Source of the DNA: Phallusia mammillata
Lineage: Eukaryota
Reading direction: 5' to 3'
Length of the DNA stretch: 64,000 nt
Assembly: GCA_965637545.1 (NCBI GenBank)
Contig: OZ281497.1
Coordinates: forward strand, 8,866,001-8,930,000
Position 1 is the first letter of the stretch. Each line of letters opens with the position of its first letter. Below are positions 36,646 through 48,689 of the stretch, piece by piece. The notes beneath the pieces are model-generated. The model was not told where the DNA came from and searched no databases. It saw only the letters and a program-made list of their open reading frames with translations. A program made the translations under genes and the position numbers.

Positions 36646-36898
36646 CCAGTCTGCAGTGCAGAGTATGGCAGCTGAGCTGTGCAGCATGCACGCGCGATTT
36701 TGTTTTTTAAAAAAAAATTGGCACGCCGAATTTTCTGCGTTGCACGTGGCAATTTTGCACCAAAAAGGCATTGATTGTCCTGTCTTAAACTCTCTATCGC
36801 TTGCTTTGCGCCTGCTGAAATTGGTCTTGCACGCGAATTTACGGGTCTTGCACACGCGCACACAGGCGTTGGTGTAGGTCCTGCACGCACCAGATCTA
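36646..36898. mobile_element. Right-truncated copy of the CCAGTCTGCAG MITE (7681-7937 family)
   Basis: Collinear similarity with 7681-7906 up to AGATCT. Right TIR missing. Confidence 0.85.
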
Positions 36899-37079
36899 AA
36901 CAAAAAAACTTTTGTTTTATTTAAAGTAGGAAAGAAAGAAACAGCACAGGAGATGCCCCTGGTGAATTCATTTATTAACTTAAAAAAGATAAATAAAAAA
37001 CATATTTTTTAATCATAGCTTTGTAAGTTTTAAATTTTACAGTTTTGTTTGGTCTAAAGTGGACATACAAAAAACCTTG

Positions 37080-38699
37080 ATGTCTACTAGTGTTAACCCT
37101 AAACACAGAACATTTCTGTCAAATGACTTCAACAGCAAAAAAACTCAGACCTGGGCTGCAATTAGCATTGGTGTAGTCATTTTTGCATTTGGCATTCCTA
37201 TTTGGTGGAAGACTACTGAAGTTTACAGGGCTTCTTTGCCATTTGATGAAATCTCTTCATTGTATGAAGATAAAAGTCTGATTGTAAAGGTTCCAATATT
37301 GGTAAAAGTTCCAGAAAATGCAGACAATGTTGCAGACATTCTTACCAACGCATTAAAACTTGATTTAAATAATGACATGAAAGGTCAAATAAAGTTTTTG
37401 TACAGCTTTGATGATATGAATTCCAAAAGTAACAAGTTTACTGGCATTGTAATTAGGTTACATGTCAAGTCAACTGAACAGATGGAAGCACATGTAGCCA
37501 AAGATGGGACAATCACATGCACTCTACCAAATACAGAAAAGAACACAATCGATCAATTATCATTACTTATTAGGGATTTAATCAAAGATGTCATTATTAA
37601 CGAAGCCCTCTTGCATCATATGGTTGGAAACATTTATCGAACCACACATGAGGATCGACATGACAGAAATCTAATTAAAATGGTGCAAGCCAATCCAAAA
37701 TTTGAGCTATTGTTTTCCTTGCTCTGTCCAGAGCCACAAGTTCAAGCTGCAACCTGGGACATGGAAAAAGACTCTGAAATGTTTTTGACACCAATGTTAA
37801 ATAAACTACAGCATTTGTTTGATTTTCATGTCGGATCTCAGATTTTATACTACACCGCTATACCGTACAAGCCCAAAGTAAAAAAGGATGAACAAAATAA
37901 GGCTTTGTATCGGTACCTCACACCACAACAGTTGTCATTGGTGATAAACCCAATTGAAGGTCGACTTGGATCACAAGTGTCTTCAGATCCAACACTAAAC
38001 TTTGTCGTTTATCTTACTGAAAAAAAGTTTACACCATTGTACATTAAAACTGAGAATGGTGACCTTTCCAAAAGTAATGCTTTTCTGGTCCCAAGATGGG
38101 GCTCAATGCAGTTCTACAACATAAAAAACATAAGTGAATCAAATGGCCTGACAAGAGTTGATCCTCAAATATTTATGAGTGCATTTATTCCCCATCTCCG
38201 TATTCTTCTTGGCTTGCAAAATAATCCATATGTTGGGGAACAGATCATTTTCGAGGATGCTGGGTATGAAAATATAGCAGACTGGGAATTAAACTACTTG
38301 TACAGGCTAAGAACTGTAGAGCATATAGCCTCTTCAATTCACACGCTCCACTCATTGTCAAAGCTTTTAAATCAAATCAGTAACATAGTGATAAATGACA
38401 ATATTGCCACTGAGGTGTATGATGCTGTTGAATCAATAATCAAAGCCAAAGCTGCACTTAAAAATGGTGACCTTGAGACTGCTTTGAAATATTCGAAAAA
38501 AGCGTTTATAGCTTCTGAAACTGCATTTTTTGACCCTACTCTATTGGAATTACTGTATTTTCCAGAGGACCAAAAATTTGCAATTTATATTCCACTATTT
38601 CTGCCAATTAGTTTACCAATATTGATTTCCTTACGCTACGCTTTTCAAAGATGTCGCAAAAAGGATTTTGATGAGGAAGAAAAAGAAAAAACTGATTAA
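37080..38699 (+). CDS. PIGS: GPI transamidase component PIG-S, 539 aa, intronless CDS
   Basis: ATG at 37080 after the acceptor TTTTACAG (37042). N-terminal TM (IGVVIFAFGIPIWWKTTEVYRASLP), AFLVPRWG, ASETAFFDPTLLELLYFPEDQKFAIYIPLFLP and C-terminal KEKTD ER-retrieval-like motif all match PIG-S. Confidence 0.96.
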   Translation: MSTSVNPKHRTFLSNDFNSKKTQTWAAISIGVVIFAFGIPIWWKTTEVYRASLPFDEISSLYEDKSLIVKVPILVKVPENADNVADILTNALKLDLNNDMKGQIKFLYSFDDMNSKSNKFTGIVIRLHVKSTEQMEAHVAKDGTITCTLPNTEKNTIDQLSLLIRDLIKDVIINEALLHHMVGNIYRTTHEDRHDRNLIKMVQANPKFELLFSLLCPEPQVQAATWDMEKDSEMFLTPMLNKLQHLFDFHVGSQILYYTAIPYKPKVKKDEQNKALYRYLTPQQLSLVINPIEGRLGSQVSSDPTLNFVVYLTEKKFTPLYIKTENGDLSKSNAFLVPRWGSMQFYNIKNISESNGLTRVDPQIFMSAFIPHLRILLGLQNNPYVGEQIIFEDAGYENIADWELNYLYRLRTVEHIASSIHTLHSLSKLLNQISNIVINDNIATEVYDAVESIIKAKAALKNGDLETALKYSKKAFIASETAFFDPTLLELLYFPEDQKFAIYIPLFLPISLPILISLRYAFQRCRKKDFDEEEKEKTD

Positions 38700-39159
38700 A
38701 GTGCATGTGTGTTTTAAAGTTTTACAATCAAAAGTTTGTGCCGAACTGTTTGATCTTTAACCCAATGTTCAATCTCAAATTCAAACACTGTGCACTCTAC
38801 ATTTTTTATTTGTTTTAAATTATGCCCAAACTTTTGGGCAGGCAATGGGATTTATGTTCGTATTCAGAAAAATCGGAAAGAGTTTGTTTCATGTCCAAAG
38901 ATTTTATAATGATTATCATTTGTCTTTCTGTTTGCGTGTCTACTGCATTACATGGGTGTTATCATGAAATGTTAACCATTGTTCAACTGTCAATGGAACA
39001 ACGAAATTGACTGTAAGATGCAACAACCCTTTTTCAAACTTTGTTGTTTGACAGATGATTTATAAAATAGCTCAGTAGGATAAAAAAGTAAAACATCTGT
39101 ATTATCTAATGTAAAAAGGAAAACATTTTATAATGTTGCAATAACAGTAATATATAAGC

Positions 39160-42100
39160 ATGAAGTGCCAAGCCTGTGGTGGCAAATTGGTTGACGACAG
39201 TCATGGGTTAGAAGCTACACTGGTAAGTTAAAGTTAACATTGATATGTACAGTCTAGCAGTGGCTTAGTAAAGTAAAATGTGTGGTCTTCTATGAAAAGT
39301 TGCTGCAAAAAAGATAATAGCTGTTTTAATTTAAAAGGTTTTAATTAGAGACCGTCTAACTTGCCCAATCATTTATGAAGTTGTATGCTATATTTATGGG
39401 TCCCCTTCCCTGAAGGGGACACATTGTTTTTGTCTATATATATATTTTTTTTCTAATGCGGATTTGTTCCCACATTTTGGTCAAGAAAGAATGGTTCAAA
39501 CTTTTTCAAATTTACACACATTACAGATATTGGTCTAAAGATGGTCCACGTGAATTTTGATCCCTCGGTTCACCCACAGCCCCCCAAAACGTAAAATTTT
39601 TAACGCGGATTTGTTCCCACGTTTTGATCAAGAAAGAATGGTTCAAACTTTTTCATATTTACACACAATATAGATATTGGTCTAAAGATGGTCCATGTGA
39701 ATTTTGACCCCATTTGATCCCTCAGTTCACCCACGGCCCCTCAAAACGTGAATTTTTAAACGCAGATTTGTTCCCACGTTTTGGTCAAGAAAGAATGGTT
39801 CAAACTTTTTCATATTTACACACATTATAGATATTGGTCAAAAGATGGTCCATGTGAATTTTGACTCCGTTTGACCCCTCGGTTCACCCACATCCCCCCA
39901 AAACGTGAAACTTTTAAAACGGCTATACTTGCTAAAGCAGATGTTTCTGGAGTTTCATACTTTTTGATTGGTACATTGCAGCGTATTTTAAACTATTTTG
40001 TGATTTGAGGTTGTATATATCCATTTTCACCCCTTTACCCCCAAATATTTGTTTGTTTGTTCACATGTTATTGAGGCCAGAAATACAAGACTTAACCTGC
40101 TGAAATTTTTAACACCTGTGGATAGGGTGCTACTTGTTGGCTGGTAAAAATATCAGTGCAATCGGCTCAGTAATAGTAAAAATATGTTTTTACATGCTGT
40201 CTTCTGTCATATTTGTGCTCGCTCAGTGCACAGCTGACGCAATGGGAGTGATTGGCCATAGTGGCGCATAGAAAAAAATGCCTCTGCTTCACGCATGAAC
40301 GCAGTGGTTACGTGACCATTTTCTCAGTCAGATAGAAGTCTCAACTCTCAAGGGAGTAATTCACTTGTTTACGATTAAGGCGGGTGAATGCAGCGGGAGT
40401 GCTCAGCTTGACGTCCGGACCGACGTTTTATGAGGCAGTCGTGTCGGTGATTAGAAATCGGCTGTTTTTGCGCAGCTATGCTATGTCGTTTTATTAAGTT
40501 ATCAAGCACATTTTAAGTTTTGGAAAATTGTGTTTAAAAACTGACCTTGAACGACAATATCAAGGTCAAAGTATGAGAATAAATTGAAAGTATTTTTCCT
40601 GTTCCTATTTACTGTTTTTTGTAATTATATGACAATAATGATGCAAAAACAATAAGGACAAAACTTTTTGGGTTAAGGCTAAAGTTGGTTAAGCTTGTCC
40701 TTAAGAATCTAAAAATAACCAGGATGTTTGTTTACCATAAATCCGCACAAACGCGCGTGTGGGGACCCATTCGTTTTTGCTTGCAAAAACAATCATATGT
40801 GTAGATCAAATGATGTGTATAGTAAATTGGTAAATATCTAACAGTGATTGTGCCCTATTTTTACTGTTACCAAATCGCATATGCATATGTGTGGGGACCC
40901 ATTAGATTATGCTTGCAGAAACAATTAGGTTATAAAGTGCCAGGAAAAAGATAGGGACCCAATGAAATGTAGGTGCCAAATATATATCCATTATAAATAT
41001 AGTAAATGGAATGTGTGATACATCATTAAATATGATGTAGCATAGGGTTGCCATATTTTATAATACACAATCCCTGACAAAATTTATCTCAGTTGAGTTA
41101 ACCCAGTTTTTCTCAGTCGTTTTTGTCATTTTTTCTAAACGGTTCCTTTGCCATTATTTCGAGGGCTCGCGGTCCGCAAGCCTGAACGTGTATTTCAGAA
41201 AAACGAAAATTGATTGCAAGATTTTAGCTAGTTGTGCAAAATTGCGCATAACAATAATCCAAATCTGACCTCACAGACAAGACAAAAGCAATACAATTGT
41301 GCGCGAACAATTGCATTTTCGTGGGTTGTCCTGCAATAAAGCCTATTGTTTAGCAATGGAGACGGTCGATTCTCACTTTCACTTTGATTCAAACTTATTC
41401 AGTTGTACAAACTGACGCCAAATATAAATATAGAAATATATATTTGCGGTCCCCGCAAAATACCCTAAAGGACCGCGGATCCCAGTTTGAGAACCGCTGC
41501 GTTAACCATTTTTGCAATCCAAACACTTCTATTCCGGAATAAATTAAAAATATATTCGGAAGTCGCATGGACGGCGACACGAGAAAACGTTAGATACGGT
41601 GCTCTGATCCTTGTCAATAAACTTTCTGCGTAGGCTCTGTTTAGTTAACTTTGTTAGGCTAAGCTCACTACTCTTACTATGCCTGAAACAATAAGCACAC
41701 ATATCAGGGGTCTCCAACCTTTACCAGTACCACTCTAAAAACCATTCGGACCAATTTCACACAGAAAAAAACTAACAACGGGATCCACAAACACCTTTTT
41801 AAATTTGAAATAAAATGCCACTGAAAAAATGTTTTTATGTCTCACGACATTCGACTTTTCGTTGTTAGTTGGTGCCTTGCATATAAGGTACACAGTTAAA
41901 GCAAATGAAATTTCCCACGTTCCCACGTAGCATCGAATGGTGTGTTTTCTTGAGACGCGGATTTTTATTTGTGTATTTAACGCGTACTGTTAGACAACTA
42001 GTGACAAACAGGTATTGCTACGCGCACACACACTGCAAAACGAAACAGTAACTTTGTGCGTTAACTTGCGCGCCGCCAGTTTACCTCTTTACGTTTCATG

Positions 42101-45100
42101 GCATAGACGCGGTTGTAGCTTACTATCAGAAACTTTCTCCGTTTTACATTAATTTCACAGTATATATTTTTTTCTTTTTATATTCCTGACTTTTAAGTAC
42201 ATTTTAACATTTCTCCCTGACGCAGATTTGAACACTGAATTCCCTGAAGGTTGTCTCAGCCATGTTTGTCAACCTGCCACTAAATTACTGACTTTTTGTT
42301 CAGAATTGAAAAAAAATCATAATAGTTGATGTGATTTCAGTTATGGTGGACTTTGTAAGATTGTTTGATTCCTCATAAGCAGAAAAGACCTGTTTCGTTT
42401 TTACGAAAATGCAAGGAAATTTGTGTTCATAAAATATTCGGTTTCGTCCGAATGGCAACAAATTTTCTGGTCAAAACCTAATCTTTGTAGAAATGGCTAT
42501 ATAATTCGGCAAACTAAAAATTTAGTACACCACTAGTTATGGGTCCCCTTCCCTGAAGGGGACACATATTGATTTTACTCGAATTGTTTTTAGTTTTTTT
42601 CTTTTTTTTTCTTCCTTTTTTTTTCTTCCCAAAGTTTGTCTCGTTTTTCCATCAAATGTTTGATGGATTTGGCTGAAATTTACACAGATGGTAGATATAG
42701 TTATGTAGATGTGCATCCCACTTTGTTTTTGTTGATAACCCGAGTATTTACCCCGCTCGCCCCCTAAAATGGGTATTTTTTCCCCGAAGTTTGTACGACT
42801 TGTTTTTCCATCAAATGTTTGATGGATTTGGCTGAAATTTACACAGATGGTAGATATAGTTATGTAGATTTGCATCCCACTTTGTTTTTGTTGATAACCC
42901 CAGTATTTACCCCGCTCGCCTCCTAAAATGGGTGTTTTTACCCAAAGTTTGTCCGACTCGTTTTTCCATCAAATGTTTGATGGATTTGGCTGAAATTTAC
43001 AAAGATATATTTATGTAGATGTGCATCCCACTTTTTTTTTTTATAACCCCAGTATTTACCCCGCTAGCCCCCTAAAATGGGTGAGTTTTTGAACAGTGTC
43101 AGAATTAGCTGAAATTTGGATTTCTTGTTTAGTATGCCATTTATAGGTGTCGATTGTTGTGTTCAACCCTGTAGTCCTAGAATTTACCCCACAAGCCCCT
43201 AAAGTGTAAAACGTATTTGTATGTTACTGGGCACCACAAATGAAAGATTTCTTTGGAGCAATAGTGTTACAAGGGCAACCAGTTGTATGTTGTTCGTTGG
43301 TGGGTTGCTTGGTGGTCGTTTTTGCGCCATGGCAGTTAGGGGCTTGTTAACAGCCCTATGACGTCAGAAACAGTAACGGTTGTTGCTCAAAACACCTCTA
43401 GTGGTCGAAATTTTAAACATTGGCGGATTGGGCTGAAATTTTGCAGTACTATTGATTGAGTCATTGTGGTTTTTACATATTTTTTAGTTTGTCTGTGGAA
43501 CCCAATTAGTTGCCCTACTAGCCCCCTAAAATGGGTCAGTTTTTTAAAACGTTAAATAGGACATACTTCAAACAATATCTGGGGTGAATCTAATTTTATA
43601 GTTTGTATTGTACATAGTATTATTATTTAAGCCCAATGCCGATCACTGTTACCTTACAACACCCGACTTTCTCATGGTTATCTCTTGAATTTCATTATTT
43701 TTAACTTTGCATGTGTGGGGACCCATGAGTTTTTGCGTGCAGAAACGACTCAAGTTATAAAAGACGATGGCTAATATGGGACCCAATACAAAATAAGCAT
43801 AGGAAATATATCAATGTTTTAAAATAGGTTATAGTGTATATGCAAGGGCAATATGTGCTAAGCCACCCTTCTAGTTGTAATTAATTTCCATACATGCAAT
43901 GAAGTGCACAACATAGGTTTTTGCAGATATATATTTATTCGATTTATTTTTATTTTTTAGGTTTGCATGGATTGTGGGGACATCAGTTCATCTGCTGCTG
44001 TCAGTAACTTTCAAGCTGCCGATGAAGGTGAATTGATTGGCACCAAAATTGCTTCAAGCTCTTCAAAGTTTGAACACAAATATAGTTTTTACTCAAGTGA
44101 CAAAAAAGAAAGGTATGGCAGGTCCTTTTGTGGTAAACAAAATTTGTTTTGTTGACAAAAAAGTTTTACTAAATGTGGATTAACACTCATGTCTAGATAA
44201 ATTAAATAAATAATCCCATACAGCATCAAAAAATAATAATGTGTTATTCTGTCCAACTAATTTGCAATGAAGTCCACAGTATTTGCAACTTGATAATTTA
44301 TTTTACTCTTGATCACCATCTGAGTATTATTGAAATAAACAGTAGAGGAACCTAAAATGTATTTCAAACAGGGCGAGACTGAGAAACAAAAAGTATATTG
44401 AAGAAATGAGAAATGGTTGCACACCGTTTGTAGAGAATGATCAACAAATCATGGAGACTGCAACAACCATATTTGAAACTTACGGAATAAAGTTGGCATT
44501 TAATCGAAAACATGTGTATAAACTTCAAATAGCTGGTAAGTTAATTGAACATTTTTGGCATTTAATCGAAAACATGTGTATAAACTTCAAATAGCTGGTA
44601 AGTTAATTGAACATTTTTGCAAAAACTTATTAAACTTTATAATTATATAATAGTTATATATATTTTTATGTTTGTTTGTCACAGACGTTTTTGACTGTCC
44701 AAACCTTAACTTAAAATACATCAGATATTTTATACATAAAAGGTCATTGTTGTAACTTTAACTTGTTTCAGCTTCCTGTCTCTATGTTGCTCTTAACCAG
44801 CATGGGCTGAATGTAACACCTGATAAAGTGCGCAAGGCGATGCAAGCACCTTTACCAGGTTTCATGAAGATTCTTGGCATGGTAAAACGGGTTGTGCAAC
44901 AACTTAACCTTTAAATATTTTTTCAATGATATTAACAAAAAAATGTGTTTAAAATATCGTCATATATTCTGCTGCAAAAAAAAATCATTTTCTGTCCTAT
45001 GCATTGACAGGTTAAACAAGAGGCAGATATGTCATCACCATCACCTTTGGGTGTCAATGACACATTTGTTGGATCCTTGAAAGTTTTGGAAAATAAGTAA

Positions 45101-46765
45101 GTTGTCTTAGTTTACCATGGCTTTTTATTGAAACCAATGCACTGTGATGATATAATATCGTATGGCTGGTCCCTACAAGCCCGACTTGAGTTTTATCTCC
45201 ACAAGCCAGAAACTGTAATGACTGGGTTTTTTTGTGCATTTAAGATTGTAAAGTGCACTTTATTGTATCTCTCCTCTTTTTTTCCTGAACAGTGTTTCTT
45301 AAACATGTTTTTTACAGACCAATACTGCGACAAAAAGCAGAGAAGATTTTTGAGTTTCTTGGGAAACTTGAGCTAACTGCAGGGTTTTCTCCGAGAACAG
45401 TCTCTTACACTGCAGGGTATCTTGCCTTCATATCAGAGGAAAAACAGTAAGGCTACAAAAATTACTACAATAAAACAAACCTTGGTAAAATTAAATTTGT
45501 TTTGTTGGTCAAATGCACATTAGGAGATAAATTTACATGTTGCCTGCTTAACAGTTTCCCATTTTTTGAATTTTTTTTTTTTTTGACTGAAACAGACCAT
45601 ATTTATGTCAATAATGGTTAAACTGACCAATCACAGCTCAAAAAATCAGTAAAATGCTGATGGCACAAATTCCAACAATGTTTTGATAAGTTTTAAAAAT
45701 TTAGCCCCAAAACATTGATGCATTTTTTACAGCCAGAAAGTGTGCACCTCGTTTGCCAACTTTTGTCATCAGAATTCCATTGGGAACTTCAACAGAGTGT
45801 TACTGCGTGATTTTCGTGAGCGCGTCTTCATTCTTGCCAGACGGTAATGTTGAATAAAAAGTGACTAAGTAACATGACTCGCCCGGGTTTTTTGTCTAGT
45901 TTACAGCCGGATCGTATTAATGTTTTGACACTGCAAAACTCTTTCAAGTAAATTTATTTGTAATAAAATGTATGTTTGGTTCGATTTTGTTTAATTTTTT
46001 GAGCCCCACCTTTCCAATTGGCTCCTCTAAAATACGCAATCTTGCTGTAAAATATATGAAACTTCTGAAAATGTCGACAGTTAAAGCCATTAGGGCCGGG
46101 TCGAGGGTTTGCGATTATGATAACATTATGATTCAAACTTACACCCCTATTGGGCTGATATTCTCGAATGTTTTGGGCTTGTACTAAACACCGCGTCCTA
46201 ACCTATGTTAGAATATCAGCCCAAAAAGTGTAGTTTACGTATTTTATAGTAGCCCCTCTTTCTAATTGTTTTATTTCAGTTGGAAATACCATCCCAAGCG
46301 TAGAATAATTGATGCAATATTTTTGTTGTTTAAAGTTTTATGCCAATTTCGTCAAGGTGTTTGTACAATTACAGCATATTATAATGCAGGTTACCATGGA
46401 TAGATGACAACGACATACGACTTGAGAGATTTCATCGCCTTATCGACGACGTACTTAAACACAATGGTGCTCTTTTTCAATTACCAAGCAGCACACAAAC
46501 AGACCACGTTTTCGTCAAAACTGAAAAAACTCGCGATTTTACTGAGAATGAGTTTCTTTGTACACCGCCAACATATTTAAATACAACAGAATACCAGCTC
46601 GCAGAAAATGATGGCCCAGACGTTAAACGTTTAAAAACTGCCTCAATGTCTGAGACTTTAGATGAAGATGACATACCTGAATCTGAACTGCACCAATACG
46701 TTCGCAACCCTGAAGAAATCGACCGATTAATAAGGATAAAAGAAGAACTCGACCAAGAAAAATAA
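39160..46765 (+). CDS. BRF2: TFIIB-related factor 2 (Pol III TFIIIB 50 kDa subunit), 396 aa, 8 exons
   Basis: Exons 39160-39222, 43961-44112, 44372-44535, 44772-44881, 45011-45096, 45318-45446, 45733-45843, 46390-46765 (1191 nt, phases consistent). Zn ribbon CQACG...VDDSH...VCMDCG; LTAGFSPRTVSYTAGYLAF; LPWI; C-terminal DEDDIPESELHQYVRNPEEI resembles recalled human DENISDSEIEQYLRTPQEV. Confidence 0.88.
39393..40922 (+). mobile_element. Helentron-associated / DINE-1-like non-autonomous element A in BRF2 intron 1
   Basis: 5' subTIR ATGGGTCCCC overlapping the hairpin GTCCCCTT-CCCTG-AAGGGGAC; three ~150-bp tandem repeats; GACCTTGA..TCAAGGTC palindrome; 3' subTIR GGGGACCCAT (40761) plus stem-loop GTTTTTGC-TT-GCAAAAAC; the 3' end is duplicated at 40893. 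Confidence 0.75.
39457..39915 (+). repeat. Three ~146-158-bp tandem repeats inside element A
   Basis: Unit GCGGATTTGTTCCCAC...GAAAGAATGGTTCAAACTTTTTC...CCCTCGGTTCACCCAC occurs three times. Confidence 0.9.
41104..41499. mobile_element. Older hAT MITE in BRF2 intron 1
   Basis: Right end TTTGAGAACCGCTG; degenerate left end CAGTTTTTCTCA; near-TSD AGTTAACC/CGTTAACC. Confidence 0.55.
42536..43746 (+). mobile_element. Helentron-associated / DINE-1-like element B (same termini as A)
   Basis: Identical 5' ATGGGTCCCCTTCCCTGAAGGGGACACAT; T-rich microsatellite; three ~158-bp tandem repeats; 3' GGGGACCCAT (43717) plus stem-loop GTTTTTGC-GT-GCAGAAAC. Confidence 0.78.
42628..43082 (+). repeat. Three ~158-bp tandem repeats inside element B
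   Basis: Unit CCAAAGTTTG...CCATCAAATGTTTGATGGATTTGGCTGAAATTTACAC...CCCCTAAAATGGGT occurs three times. Confidence 0.9.
44493..44618 (+). repeat. 62-bp tandem duplication spanning the BRF2 exon 3 donor
   Basis: TTGGCATTTAATCGAAAACATGTGTATAAACTTCAAATAGCTG|GTAAGTTAATTGAACATTT occurs twice. Confidence 0.92.
46020..46256. mobile_element. Shorter, degenerate member of the GGGCTCCTCTAAAATACGCAAT MITE family in BRF2 intron 7
   Basis: Left end GGCTCCTCTAAAATACGCAAT; right end TACGTATTTTATAGTAGCCC; imperfect flanking duplication. Confidence 0.65.
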
Positions 46766-48689
46766 TTTAAGATTTTGATTTAATTTCGTTTTCAAAACAG
46801 ATTAATCTGTTGCGTTGCGGTATGAACATTGTGTTAATTAGTTTTTTTTTCCTGTCGATTGCTGATTTTTAAAGAATTTTTTCTTATTTTTATTCCCTCC
46901 ATTCTTTTTCTTCTTCACAAAAACAAAATGCGTTTGAGTATTTTTATCCAGAAAGTCATTTGTTTAGAAAAGACAAGCAGATTTATTGGATGCTGGATGG
47001 TGCTAGGTAGTCATTTGGAGGGACTATTGCACTTTATTGTTACTTACTGACCAAACCCGGACGGAGTCGCGAGAACGCCATTTAATACAAAATCATAGGT
47101 TTGTATTATCGCATAAAAGTGGTGCAAAACGAATTCCACTGAAGATGTTGTCATATAAATCTAAAATTTGAACGAGACCAACAAGAGTGCACGCCCCGTG
47201 CATTTTCCCAGCTCCGTATTATGCAAGAACTATTAGGCAATGTAAGCACGTGCTGAGAAAAAAATATAGCTGCACAGTAATTTTTGACAGTCGCGTTTTT
47301 AATAGTATCACAAAGTTTATATGTACCGCCAAGTGAAAATGTATATAGTTGAAAGGTGGTTCGTGCTAAAAGTTTAGGAAGACCTGCCCTGAAAGACAAT
47401 CTATTCACTTACTTACTTAAATCTACTCATTACGTTGCGAAATGTCACTTTGTATGATATCATAAGTGCAGGCAAGGTTAGGCAGTTGCTGGACGATAAA
47501 TGGCAATCGTCCTTTAAAGTCTTCTATCAACAAAAAACAACTTAATTGATCACAGCCTAACGATTTCCGTTCTGCTCCAATCCTGTGCACAGTAACTGCT
47601 CATAGTCTGAGCCCGACAGCAAGACTGTACGCTGCACGTGCTAATGCGACAAGGATTTGCTAGCCGAGCACGACTATGATGCAACTATTAGTTCAAAAAG
47701 TTCTTGTGCATTGAACAGTGAATCAATTCATGTAGTCAAATTTGAAATGACTTTGAGAACCAGAAAAGCAAGAGTACTGCTTGTTGATGTGTCCAGTTTA
47801 GGCTCGGTACTCAGATTGGCAAGTTAAAAGTTTAATTAAGACAGGGTTTTATGTTTTTCTCCTGTATTGTGGGTTTAGTTTTATCTATGCTGGTTAAGTT
47901 GTGGGCTGTAAAACAAAATCTGTAAAATAAAAAGCTTGTTTGGCGTGAATTTTGCTGTTTGGGCGCATGATTTCCCACATGTTCTGATCTGGGTATATGT
48001 ACCTATACACACTAAAGTGATTAGACCAGCTGTACCATATGGACATTTTGACTATATGAGACTGCATGGTAACCTAATTTAAATGCAATTGGCACAAAAG
48101 TTCTGGTTTAAATGTGAGCTTTGAAGACTGGTGTTTTTCCAAACGTTCGAGTGAGGCTGACTACAGGGCATAAAGTTACAGGCAGTTGTTTTCATTTTGT
48201 CGGACAGGAAGCAAGCTTTAAACGCGTCTTGTAAATCTAGATCACCCGACTGGCTGCGCTTCCCGACTTAATTATGGCTTCATCCATCTCTATGAAATCA
48301 CTACCTCAAGTATAGGTAAATGTCCAATGTCCATGTGCGAAGATGAGTCATTAAATGAATATATTTTGTGCGCATAGTTGGCAAATAAATGATGGAATAT
48401 TAGTAACTGATAAAATTAAGATAATTGTTATGCTTTATGTCAAAAGAAACAAGAAGTATCTTTGACTGTCATTGCACAGTATGTCATATATTTAGCAAGA
48501 TTGGGTAGTAAAAACTTCGTTTCGTATCGACAGTTTACGCGATTATCAACCAAGTAATGGTTTGAACTTAAAACAAAAATAATCTTTGGTCGTTAGTTTC
48601 ACTGCAAGCTGTTTTCCTTATTTTCGAGGTGGTGACAATACGCAGATTTTTTTAAATGATGTAAATTTTACTTGTGGCCTTACAAAAAG

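Noticed and set aside
39457-43082. Regular ~150-bp repeats as a CRISPR array
   Set aside because: Units are contiguous near-identical tandem repeats without unique spacers, inside eukaryotic HINE-like elements; no cas genes.
44686-44741. Apparent extra BRF2 exon (AG...DVFDCPNLNLKYIRYFIHK...GT)
   Set aside because: It breaks the frame of the next exon, whereas exon 3 splices in phase directly to 44772 and restores the cyclin-fold alignment.
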